Source of the DNA: Squalus acanthias | Taxonomy: Eukaryota | Direction: 5' to 3' | Assembly: GCA_030390025.1 (NCBI GenBank) | Contig: JASTWF010000070.1 | Location: 868,001-932,000 of the forward strand | Length of the DNA: 64,000 nucleotides | In this document: positions 1-11,900 of the stretch, piece after piece | Layout of the letters: the number at the start of each line of letters is the position of its first letter | Numbering within the stretch: the first letter of the stretch is position 1 | Translations under genes and position numbers: made by a program | Notes under the pieces: model-generated | Seen by the model: only the letters and a program-made list of their open reading frames with translations | The model's database searches: none | What the model was told of the DNA's origin: nothing

Positions 1-3000
1 AAGGCAGCTTTTTCCCTGATCCTCATTGTCCACGTGTTCTGGCCTAACGGTGAGTGAGACACGGTTCCAATCTCCTAAATGGAATCAGTCAAAAACTAGA
101 AACAATGGACTGTGTTTACTAAGTTGAAAATGTGACCGGGCTAACAACTTTTGGGCTGATATTTTCTCCCCCTCCCTATCTCTGTAACCACCTCCAGCCC
201 TGCAACCCTCCGAGATGTCGGCGCTCCTCCAATTCTGCCCTCTTGCGCAACCCCGATTTCCATCGCTCCAGCATTGGCGGCCGATCCTTCAGCTGCCTGA
301 GCTCCAAGCTCTGAAATTCCCTCCCTAAACCTCTCCGCCTCTCTCTCCTCCTTTAAGACGTTCCTTAGCACTTGGTTCTTTGGCAAAGCTTTTGGTCACC
401 TGTCGTAATATCTCTTTCTGTGGCTCGGTGTCAAATTTATGTAAAGCGCCTGGAGTCCTTTAATTACGTTAAAGGTCCTGTATCAAAGAAAGTTGTGATT
501 GAAATGTTGGTTTACTTTCTGGTCCTTCTATAAGGCAAGTAAAGGCAAACTACAGAATGGATATAACAAGCAATAACTGAAGACAATAATGATGCTGTTC
601 TTAAATTACAGGCGCGGTGTTTCAACGCGGTTTCATTCTATCGCTCAATAATCAGTTCTAATGTAACAATAATCCCTCTAGTTGCAGAATCCCAGCCCTT
701 TCTGTCTCGGAGCCCCTTCACAGTGACAGCCGGAGTCGGCCAGTCGGTTGAATTTGAATGTCACCAGATTTCTAAAGTGTATTTGGTGAATAGCTATTTC
801 TGGTACAAGCAGCGTGTGGGTGAAGCCCCGAGACTAATCGATATCCCATCCTGTAATCGGACCGATTGCAAGTTTACTTCTAAAAAAGGACACGCCAAAT
901 CTATACTGATCCTGGAAATCCGCAATGTACAGGTGGCTGACACCGGCTCCTATTACTGTGCTGCTAGGGTTGGCTATGCACCGCTCCGGAATGGAACCAC
1001 ACTGCTGGTTGGAGGTAAGAGCAAAACCAAGTTGAATTCAGACCATGTACAGTAATATCATTCGGTGTAAACTCAGAGTTAACTGTGTCCCAATCCCTGT
1101 CCAGACAGTTCCATGCCGACTGTGATGGTGTTTGCTCCGCCGGGGGAGCCGCATTTTAGGGACACCGTCCCCTTGGTGTGTTTGGTCACTGGCGTCTCCT
1201 CGAACCAGATTGCTATTTACTGGAACGTTACCGGACAGTTGACCGAGGGACGGAGCGATTCCGGTACACTGGACCCGAACGGGACCTACAGCATCAGAAG
1301 CCATGTGATGGTCTCGGGGGAAGCCTGGAGAAGCGGCGGGGTCTGCACCTGTATTGCTGAACTGGGTTCCAAGGGCAAATCTTGGGCCAAGAGCGTGTCA
1401 CGCCCCAAAATAGTGGCAGGTGAGTCGGTGATCTGTAAGGCGAAGGTCAGTATTCAGCTTTAGCTTCAGTTGGAATAGTGTACTCGCTCCTAAGCGCCTG
1501 AAGTCTGTAAATAAAGCAACACCACAGGATGAGCATGAATATCTATATATCAAGAGAATAGTGCGTTCAGTCTGTTATAAAATATATTGAAATAAGCTAC
1601 GGTTACCCTCAGTCCCAGGTCTTCTAAATACTTTCTCCGCTCTTGGCTGACTTTAGATTTCTGCGGGTCATCTAAGAATCAAAGAATGATACAGCACAGA
1701 AGGAGGTCATTCGGCCCATCGTGCCTGTGCCGGCTCTTTGAAAGAGCTCTCCAATTAATCCCAATCCGCCCCTGCTCTTTCTCCACAGTCCTTGCAAAAT
1801 GTTCCCCTTCAAGAATTTATCGGACTCCCTTTTGAAAGTTATTAGTGAATCAGCTTCCACCGGCCTTTCAGGCAACGCATCCTGGAATGGATTGAAATGA
1901 ACGCGCTTTCTGTACTGAAACTAGTCTCAAGATGCAGTGAAATAGTTGGCTGAACGCGTCTGCTGGGATCAGACGCTCGCTCATTTCCACCGTTTATTTT
2001 CTCGTTTCCCGTTTTAAAGACCCGAACCACCCTTATCGAACCCCACGTTGCTAGTGAAATATATTTTCATTTAATCGGGTTATGAAACTTCACGGAAATT
2101 GGGTAATTGTTCCAGTTTAGCACACATAAATCATGGGGGTATATATGCTCAAATCTTTGAAGGTGGCAGGACCAGTCGAGAAGATTGCTAAAAAACATAT
2201 GGGCTCTTTGGCTTTATTAACAGAGGAATAGAGTACAGAAGCAAGGAAGTTATGCTAAACATTTATAAAGCAATGGTTGGGCCACAGCTGGAGTATTGTG
2301 TCTAATTCTAGCCAAAACACTTTAGGAAGGATGTCAAGCCCTTGGAGACGGTGGAGAGGAGATTTACTAGAATGGTACCAGGGATGAAGGATTTCAGTTA
2401 TGTGGAGAGACTGGAGAAGCTGGGATTGTTCTCCTTAGAGCAGAGAAGGTTAAGAGGAGATTTAACAGAGGTGTTCAATCATAAATCATGAATGGTTCGG
2501 ATAGAATAAATAAGAAAAAACTGTTCCCATTGGCAGAAGGGTCGGTAACCAGAGGACACAGATTTAAGGTGATCGGCAAAAGAACCAGAGGGGAGATGAG
2601 GGAACAGTTTTTTATGCAGCGAGTTGTTGTGATCTGGAATGCGCTGCCTGAAAGGGCGGTGGATGCAGGTTCAATAGTAACTATCAAAATAGAATTGAAT
2701 AAACACTTGAAGGGATAACATTACCAGGGCTATGGGGAAAGAGAAGGGGAGTGGGTCTAATTTTGGTAGCTCCACCAATGAGCCGGCACAGCCACGATGG
2801 GCTGAATGGCCTCCTTCTGTGCTCTAATCATTCTATGATTCTGTTTTCAAATAGAATGTTTTGATTGTGCATTATTAAAATTATGGGGCAATACTGAGAG
2901 TGTCGGCTGTCAATTTGACTCAGCCAACAAACTAGTGCAATGTCTTCCATTATGAGATTTCACTTGTCCAATATTCGTCGCATTGGCTGGTTTGTCCTTT

Positions 3001-3552
3001 CACACCCCGGGTTTGATGCTCCTACATTGTAACTGGGTCAAGTTTCTCATCTCAGAATCCCAGAAAGTAATGAGTTGACCCAGCAGCATTTTCTAAGTGT
3101 TTCTCTCTGTAGGGTGGTGCGTTCCGACCCTTCCCATTGCCATAAAAGTCTCGGTGATCCTGGTTGTAGTATTGATTTTCATTTCCATTTGGAATCATAA
3201 AAGCGGCAGATCAGGTGAGAATTGAACTTTAGCAGGAATATTTGAATAAATGTTTGTTTCTCGAAGCGTTAAATACTAATTACAGTTAATTGTTTCAGAA
3301 GAACGAGTCAAGGGACCCCACAAGGAAAGTAAGTAACTGAACCATTTACAAAGTTCATCAGTAACAGTCTCACTGTACTTAACACTGTCAACCAATTAAC
3401 CCCAACTTCAATTTCAATATTTTGCACGTTCTTTCAAGATTGAATCAAAGTCCATTCCACAATTCTGTTCTTGACATTTATGGCATGTGACCAAGGATTT
3501 ACAAGAAGTAATGCTTGTTTAACATTTTTGTTTGCATATAGTTTTAGTTTGA
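1..3552 (+). CDS. Non-rearranging VJ-C1-TM Ig-superfamily receptor, copy 1 (TM Lys, short tail). ATG lies 6 nt before the window start.
   Basis: Phase-compatible GT-AG exons: leader <1-49 (KAAFSLILIVHVFWPN); V 682(or 688)-1014; C1 1105-1419; TM 3113-3214 (GWCVPTLPIAIKVSVILVVVLIFISIWNHKSGRS); cytoplasmic 3299-3328 (EERVKGPHKE); last exon from 3548 (or 3542) with TGA at 3550-3552. AATAAA at 3988-3993 and 3993-3998. The structure is mirrored by copy 2 at 59129. Confidence 0.8.
682..1014 (+). CDS. V-set (VJ-type) Ig domain exon of receptor copy 1
   Basis: VEFEC...WYKQ...LEIRNVQVADTGSYYC...LRNGTTLLV (degenerate J motif) in one exon. Extra CX4C (SCNRTDC). Acceptor ctctag, donor G/gtaaga, no RSS. 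Confidence 0.9.
1105..1419 (+). CDS. C1-set Ig domain exon of receptor copy 1
   Basis: PTVMVFAPP...PLVCLVTG...IYW...NGTYSIRSHV...W..G..CTC. Acceptor gtccag, donor G/gtgagt, phase 1-1. Confidence 0.9.
2136..2840 (+). mobile_element. CR1 LINE 3' fragment in the C1-TM intron (paralog at ~61265-61970)
   Basis: Translates to RT C-terminal words (LFPLAEGSVTRGHRFKV, FFMQRVV..WNALP) and ends in a ttctatga-type tail. Confidence 0.85.
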
Positions 3553-3593
3553 GAGTTAGAACGATAAGAGCCGGAAGAAATGAACGACACTCA

Positions 3594-3770
3594 TTTGGTT
3601 CCCCTCCCCCATTTCCCAGCCCCTACCTTTGCTTAAAAATCTGTTCCATTTCCTGCTTTATTCCAGTTCTGACGAAAGGTCATCGACCTGAAACGTTAAC
3701 TCTGTTTCTCTCTTCACAGATGCTGCCTGACCTGCTGAGTATCTCCAGCATTTTCTGTTTTTATTATCTA
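3594..3770 (+). mobile_element. Penelope-like repeat fragment with a minimal hammerhead-ribozyme-like core (3665-3701)
   Basis: AGTT-CTGACGA-A-AGGTC-ATC-GACCT-GAAA-CG-TT-AACT. Begins exactly where identity with receptor copy 2 ends. Confidence 0.55.
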
Positions 3771-4901
3771 ATCTACGTGCCTGCACTCGCCAGAGTTTGC
3801 AAGGACTCTTTCTGTTCAATGTAAATGAACGTGCTTTGAGTATTGTAAAGAGTGTAATTAGTGTAATTCAAGTGTGAGAGAAAATTAAGAGCAGGGACTT
3901 GTCGGTTTGGTCTTTCTCTGAACGTTTCCTGCTCATCCTGCAGCTCCAGTTAGTAACAAGATTTTTATTTGCAAATGCTTGTGTATTAATAAAATAAATT
4001 ATTCTTCAAAATGTAACGATTCCTATCGATCAATACTTCACTTATAATTAAATGTGATCGGTATGAAACTTCAATTACTCTTGAGCTGACAATATCAGTC
4101 TTGAATTGAGATACTGTTAGTGGCGATATCCTCTGTCTGAGAATCGAGATGTGTAATCATTTACAGACTAAGATCACCACAGGAGAGATTCGCGGGCAGA
4201 GATGCGGGGAATTGTGTCTGGTTCCATTTTACCTTTGGGGTAGTGTGTTTTGTTATGTGTAGTAATGTCAAAACTACATGTCAGAGACAGATGGTGAGTG
4301 TAGCGTGGCTTGGGAGGAATGGGTGACTTTGGACCTGTGGTTTCCAAAGCTCTCCACGACTGGGGGTTTGCTCACGTCAGGTCTGGGTTTGTTGTAGACT
4401 CATGGATAGGGATGGATTGCCATGACAACCCCATTATCATTGTATCATGCGATTACCAGGATGGTAGAAGGTGAACTCGGTGGACTTTGGCCTTTTCTCG
4501 TCTAGCAATTCCTATGTTCAAGATCCCAGGTATGCACAGTATTGGGCGAGAATATTCAACTAGAGACAGGACTGCATCATAGGTGGTTATATTGTTTTAG
4601 CCATCAGCGTCAGATCAGTCTGAGTATCCCCTTCTGATTAGTTTGGAATCAGCATTTACAACCGAATGAGATTCAGGAGCAGCAAAAACTGTTCCTGGCA
4701 AAGTCCCTTTCAAATCCATCTCCCAGAAACTGTCCAATAAATCACATGAGGATTTGAATAAATTCCTAACAACCGTGTTCTTGTTAATGTTGATTTACAT
4801 TATATTATAGGGTTATATAAAGCAGATCTAAATTCACCAGAACGATACCGGGGCAAAAAGGGTTAAATTCTGAGGACAGGTTGCACAGACTGTTCTCTTG
4901 A

Positions 4902-4995
4902 TGCGGACCTGACGAAGAAGCAGAGCTCCGAAAGCTCGTAATTTCAATTAAAACTGTTGGACTATAACCTGGTGTTGTGCGACTTCTCATTTCTA
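4902..4995 (+). mobile_element. Short Penelope-like insertion with a hammerhead-like core, inside a CR1 fragment
   Basis: CTGACGAAGAAGCAGAGCTCCGAAAGCTC, flanked by the 9-bp direct repeat ttctcttga (4893-4901 and 4996-5004). Confidence 0.55.
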
Positions 4996-6004
4996 TTCTC
5001 TTGAATATGGAAGATTACGAAGTGATCCAACTGAGGTGTTCAAGATGATTAAAGGAGTTCATAGGGTAGATAGAGATAAACAATTTTCTCTGGTGGGGAG
5101 AGTCCAGAACAAGGGGGCATGACCTTAAAATTAGAGCTGGGCCGTTCAGGGTTGATGTCAGGAATCACTTCTTCACACAAAGGGTGGTGGAAATCTGGAA
5201 CTCTCTCATCCAAAAGGCTGGGGGTCAATTGAAATTTTCAACACTGAGATTGATAGATTTTTGCGAGGCAAGGGTATTAAGCGTTACGGAACCAAAGCAT
5301 GTAGATGTAGTTAAGATACTGATTGCCATGATCTAATTGAATGGTGGAACAGGTTCGAGGGGCTGAATGGCCTCCTCCTGTTCCAATGTTCCTGTCGCTA
5401 GTAGGATAATTAGTTCGGCAAATTGAAGACTGATTTCTGGAGGTTCATCACACAAAGAGTGATCAGCACATGGAATGGTCCTCTGGGTAGGGTGGTGTGA
5501 ATGAAAACCCCTGGAGTCATTTAGGAAACAGTTTGGCTGCCCTGATGGGCGAGAAGGTCAGAACCTTTCTGGATTCCTGAGCTACGTTTGGCAGAAAGGC
5601 CTTTTTCACCTGCAATGACCTTTTGACAAGTGTCTCCAAATACACTTTGCAATATCTGTGCAGAATATTTTGACAGCAGAATATTGTTAATTTCGGCTAG
5701 TTTCTATCCCCTCGGTCCATGAATTACAAGAGGTTCTCGATGAGATCAGAGCCTAATAACCAGCTCAATTATCCATTAATCATCACACCAAAGGCCTCAT
5801 ACCCAGCTTTTAAATGTGTATGAAATCGAAGGTGTACCGGATAAATATCACAGCATCTCGGATGAAACAGCCTTTGAATTTTACTCTTATATTTGACCGA
5901 TTTTGTAATGTGAAGAGCGAATTGTGTTACCGCTGCGAATTATTAACGTCACCAGCAAACCGCTTTCAGTCACAGCCGAAGGGTTCTGCTTTACAAAGTT
6001 ACAA

Positions 6005-6720
6005 AGTGTTCACAGCACAGAAACAGGCCATTCGGACCCACTGGTCCGTGCCGGGGTTTCTGCTCCACACCAGCCTCCTCCGCCGCCCCCCTCTTCATCT
6101 CACCCCATCAGCATATCCTTCTATTCCTTTCTCGCTCATGTGTTTATCTAGCTTCCCCTTAAATGCATCTATGCTATTCGCCTCAACCACTCCCTGTGGT
6201 AGCGAGTTCCACATTCTCACCACTCTCTGGGTGAAGAAGTTTCTGCTGAATTCCTTATTGGATTTATCAGTGACTATCTTCTATTTATGGCCCTTAGCTT
6301 TGCTGTCCTCACGAGTCAAAACATCTTCTCTTCGTATCAAACCCTTTCATGATCTTAAAGACCTTAATCAGGTCACCACTCTGTCTTCTCTTTTCTAGAG
6401 AAAAGAGCCTCAGCCTGTTCAATCTTACCTGATGGGTATAACCTCTCACTTCTGCATCATTCTTGTAAATCTTTTTTTGCACCCTCTCCAGTGCCTGTGT
6501 ATCCTTTTTATAATATGGAGACCAGAAGTGTCCACAGTGCTCCAAGTGTGGTCTAATCAAGGTTCAATACAAGTTCAACACAACTTCGCTGCTTTTCAAT
6601 TCTATCCCTCGAGAAATTAACCCCAGTGCTTTGGTTTGCTGGTTTTAATGGCCATGTTAACCTGAGTTACTACTTTTAATGATTTGTGAAGCAGCACCCC
6701 AGATCCTCTACCCCATTTGA
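6005..6720 (-). mobile_element. CR1 LINE 3' fragment
   Basis: ORF 6309-6560 (IRPHLEHC..FWSPYYKKD..LERVQ..RLRLFSLEKRR..GDLI) is the CR1 RT C-terminus. Confidence 0.85.
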
Positions 6721-8989
6721 AAACGTATTTTCAAAGAACTAATAGGTACTAATTGCGGGTAAAAGCAACCATAAATTTGCTGAAGAAATCACTTAACTGC
6801 ACTATTATAAATGAGCAGTTGGATTTAAAATAATTTACTTTCAATGGTAAATGTGACAGAGTTCACTCCCAGATCAGAAACAGAGAACGCTCGGGTCCAT
6901 TTACATAAGAACATAATAAATAGAAGCGGGAGTAGACCAAGCGGCCCTCGAGCCTGCTCCGCCATTCAATAAGATCATGGTTGATCTTCTACCTTATCTG
7001 CACTTTCCTGAACTTTCCCCATATCCCTTGATTCACTAAATATTAAAAAATCTATCGATCTCTGTCTTGAATATACTCAACGACTGAGCCTCCACAGCCC
7101 ACTGGGGTAGAGAATTCCAATGATTCAGCACCCTCTGAGTGAAGAAATTTCTCCTCATCTGAGTCCTTATTCTGAGACTGTGACCCTTAGTTCTAGACTC
7201 CCCAGCCAGGGGAAACAGCCTCTCAGCATCTACCCTGTCAAGCCTTGTAAGAATTTTTTATGTTTCAATGAGATCACCTCTCATTCTTCTAACGTCCAGT
7301 TTTAATATCAATGCAGCCTAAATCCGGAGGCAGTGCCTGAGCTGCCCAGTCGGTCCTGAGCCCCACTTTTGAGCCGCACACATTTGCTCTATAAATGTGC
7401 ATTGTAAATCGGCGTTAGAGATACACTGAGCGCTTCTGGACTGAACGATCAAAGGGCCGGTATCACAAACACAATGCTGGATTTTGAAAACCTGTTTTAT
7501 TGCGTTTGTAACTCGGACACTGATGCATTGTAAAGATTATTTGAATTATATCGCGCTCACATACAAAGACGCGAAATGAATCTAAAAACGCCAATACAGG
7601 ATAGGAGAAACATGCCGGGATTGAACCGAAACTGCAGGCGATGAGTCATCTTAAGAATAGCAGACGATGCGTAAGAGAGAATTTAAATATGTTTAGAATT
7701 TCCGCTTTGGGCCGAAATTTCCCATTTGTAAAATGCGCTTGAAATTGCGCCGGTGCTGTTCGGCATTAAGACTCTCCAGTAGGCTATACGCCGGCTCTGC
7801 ATTGGTCAGTCTATCTTCCGAGTGAGTGTTAATTATTGATAAATGTGCATCAAGTCGGTAAGAGAACGTGAGATCGCCGCAGTGAGACGTCAACGAAGAT
7901 AGCAATTGAATTCTTCAGCTGCACGCCACTGCTTCCAATTGTTGGATTTCTGCGGTGCTTTGGACTTGAACCCGGCGTATCAAAGTCTCTGGGAAGGGTT
8001 CACACCTCAGGGCTCTACTGCGCCGGTTGGTCTTCTGAATGAGATTGCCAATTTCCTGTCAATGGATCCCAAAAGCACGCGGAAGCGGCACACAATTGAG
8101 GAACAGGAGGCTTGAATTGTTACTGAGCAGCGTGTCTCACTGATCCCACAATGAGAGCAAAGCAGAGGGAACTTTCCACAACACGTCATATCCGGCAGCC
8201 GCTCGCTTTCCTTTCCCGTCAGAGGGTTGGAACCTCATTAAACGCCAGGTGGGCGTAAAGAGTCTATGAGAAAAAACAGAAACCATTATCATGGCCCACA
8301 TAATCATCATAGGAACAGAGGGACAGGAGGAGGCTGTTTAGCCCCTCGAACCTGTTCTGCCATTCAATCAGATCATGGTTGATCTGTATCTTAACTGCAT
8401 CCACCCGCCTTGGTTGCCTAACCCTTAATCCCCTAACCCAACAAGAATCTATCAAAAATCTCTCAGTTTTGCAATTTCCATTTGAACCCCAGCCTCAGCA
8501 ACTTTATGGGGGAGAGAGTTCCAGATTTCCACTACCCTTTGTGTGAAGAAGTGCTTCCCGACATCACCTGTGAACGGCCTGGCTCTAATTTGAAGGTAAT
8601 GCCCCTTGTTCTGGACTCCCCCCTCCCCCCACCACGCCCACCAGAGGAAATTGTTTCTCTCCATCTACCCTATCGAATCCTTTAATCATCTTAAACACCT
8701 CAATTAGATCACCCCTTAATCTTCCATACACAAGGGAATACAAGCCCGAGTCTGTGCAACCTGTCCTCATAAGTTAGCCCTTTTAGTCCCGGGTATCATT
8801 CTGGTGAATCATCATTCTGCAATTTCAAATATCCAGATCTATATTTTTTTAATCTACGTTCGCAGTTTTACGTAAGAGGAAAACAGTGCTATCCTGTAGT
8901 GTTCACTATGCAAAGTTTTATAGACTCGTTGACTATGAATCTTAAACATTGTGTTAAAATAAGTGCAAGGTATCAACATTTAACGATTG

Positions 8990-11900
8990 CATGGATGAAC
9001 TACAGAATTTGTTCATCCCTGTCTGGCATAAAAATAAAAAAAAAAGGTGGCGCAACCGTGGCTAACAAAGGAAATTAGCGATAGCATAAGATCCAAGGAG
9101 AGGACTTAAAACTGGCCAGAAAAAGCAGCAAACCTGAGGATTGGGATTAGTTTAGGATTCAGCAAAGGAGGACAAAAGGATTAATTAAGAGGGGGAAAAT
9201 AGAGTATGAGAGTAAGCTTTCAGGGAACATAAAAACTGTCTGTAAAAGCTTCTATAGATATGTGAAGAGAAAAAGATTGGTGAAGTCATGCATAGGTCCC
9301 TTGCAGTCAGAATCAGGGGATTTTATAATGGGGAACAAAGAAATGGCTGACCAAGTAAATACATAATTTGGTTCTGTCTTCACAAAGAAGGACACAAATA
9401 ACCTCCCAGAGATGTCATAGAAACATAGAAACATAGAAAATAGGTACAGGATTAGACCATTCGGTCCTTCGAGCCTGCACCGCCATTCAATGCGTTCATG
9501 GCTGAACATGCTACCTCAGTACCCCATTCCTGCTTTCTCGCCATTCCCCTTGATCCCCCTAGTTGTGAGTGTTATATCTAACTCCCTTTTGAATATATTT
9601 AGCGAACTGGCCTCAACAACCTTCTGTGGAAGAGAATTCCATAGATTCACCACTCTCTGGGTGAAGAAGTTCCTCCTCAGCTCAGTCTTAAATGGCTTCC
9701 CCTTAATCCTTAGACTGTGACCTCTGGTTCTAGTTTTCCCTAACATTGGGAACATTCTGCCCGCATCTAATTTGTCTAAACCAGTCAGGAATTTAAATGT
9801 CTCTATAAGATCCCCCCTCATTCTTCTGAACTCCAGAGGATACAAGTTCAGTTGACCCAATCTTTCTTGATATGTCAGTCCGGCCATCCCAGGAATCAAT
9901 CTAGTGAACCTTCGCTGCACTCCCTCAATAGCAAGAATGTCCTTCCTTAAGTTAGGAGACCAAAACTGCGCACAATACTCCAGGTGTGGCCTCACCAAGG
10001 CCCTGTACAACTGCAGCATCACCTCCCTACTCCTGTACTCAAATCCCCTTACTATGAAGGCCATCATTCCGTTTGCTTTCTTGACTGCCTGCGCACTTGC
10101 ATTCCCACCTTCAGTGACTGATGTACCATGACGCCCAGGTCTCGTTGCACCTCCCCTTTCCCTAATCTGCCACCATTCAGGTAATAGCCCGCCTCTCTAT
10201 TTTTACCACCAAAGTGGATAAACTCACATTTATCCACATTGTACTTCATCTGCCATACATTTGCCCATTCACCCAACCTGTCCAAGTCACTCTGTAGCCT
10301 CCTAGCATCCTCCTCATTGTTCACACTGCCTCCCAATTTAGTGTCATCCGCAAATTTGGAGATATTACATTTAATCCCTTCGTCCAAATCATTAATATAT
10401 AATGTAAACAGCTGGGGTCCCAGCACCGAACCCTGCGGTACCCCGCTGGTCACTGCCTGCCATTCTGAAAAGTACCCATTTACTCCTACTCTTTGTTTCC
10501 TGTGTGCCAACCAGTTCTCAATCCACGTCAACACATTACCCCCAATCCCATGTGCTTTAACTTTGCTCACCAATCTCTTGTGTGGGACCTTGTCGAAGGC
10601 CTTCTGAAAGTCCAAATACACCACATCTACTGGTTCCCCTCTGTCCACCCTATTGGAAACATCCTCAAAAAATTCCAGAAGATTTGTCAAGCATGATTTC
10701 CCTTTCACAAATCCATGCTGACTTGGACCTATCATGTCGCCACTTTCCAAATGGTCTGTTATGACATCTTTAATAATTGCTTCCATCATTTTACCCACGA
10801 CCGATGTCAGGCTGACCGGTCTATAATTCCCTGCTTTCTCCCTCCCTCCTTTTTTAAAAAGAGGGGTTACATTGGAACTGATCCAGAGTCTAAGGAATGT
10901 TGGAAAATGATCGTCAATGCATCCACTATTTCCAAGGCCACCTCCTTAAGTACTCTGGGATGCAGACCATCAGGCCCCGGGGATTTTTCAGCCTTCAGTC
11001 CCATCAATTTCCCCAATACCTTTTCCCGACTAATAAGGATTTCCCTCAGCTCCTCACTCTTACCAGATCCTCTGACCCCTTTTATTTCCGGCAGGTTGTG
11101 TGTGTCCTCCACAGTAAACACCGAACCAAAGTACTTGTTCAATTGATCTGCCATTTCCTTGTTCCCCATTACGACTTGCCCTGTTTCCGACTGCAGGGGA
11201 CCTACGTTTGTTTTTACTAACCTCTTTCTTTTTACATATTTATAGAAGCTTTTGCAGTCCATTTTAATGTCGGGGAACATAGGATCTAATGAGAGGGAGG
11301 AACTGAATGAAATCAGTATTTGTAGGGAAATGGTGGTAGGGAAATTGACGGGATTACAGGCCGATAAATCCCCAGGGCCTGATAATCTACATCCTAGGGT
11401 AATTAAGGAAGTGGCCCAAGAAATAGTAGATGCATTGCTGGTCATCTTCCAAAATTCTATAGACTCTGGCACAGTTCCCATGGATTGGAGGGTAGCTAAT
11501 ATAACCCCACTATTTAAAAAAGATGGTAGAGAGAAAACGGGGAATTATAGACCGGTAAGCCTGACATCGGTAGTGGGAAAATGCTAGAGTCCATTATAAA
11601 AGATGCAATAGCAGAGCACTTGGAAAACAGTGACAGGATCGGACAAAGTCAACATGGATTTACAAAAGGTAAATCGTGCTTGACTAATCTACTGGAATTT
11701 TTTGAGGATGTAACTGGCAGAATAGATAAGGGAGAACCAGTCGATGTGGTGCCTTTGGACTTTCAGAAGGCTTTCGATAAGGTCCCGCATAAGAGATTAG
11801 CGTATAAAATTAAAGCACATGGGATTGGGGGTGAGGTACTGACTTGGATAGAGAACTGGTTGGCAGATAGGAAGCAAAGAGTTGGAATAAACGGGTCGTT

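Noticed and set aside
682-1419. Calling the V-C1 gene a TCR chain or an Ig light chain
   Set aside because: It has no RSS, no FGXG, no TCR-type conserved TM motif, no octamer upstream of copy 2, and a multi-exon cytoplasmic tail.
7906-8115. Plus-strand ORF containing PAYQSL after an acceptor-like ttcttcag, as a lost signalling exon of copy 1
   Set aside because: It has a single YxxL, no convincing connecting exons, lies beyond the copy 1 stop and poly(A) signal, and overlaps the predicted 3' UTR of the minus-strand gene. Worth revisiting only if found spliced to copy 2.
10867-11481. 204-aa ORF that looks like a novel chimeric protein
   Set aside because: It is an artefact of reading across the junction between antisense outer CR1 and sense inner CR1.
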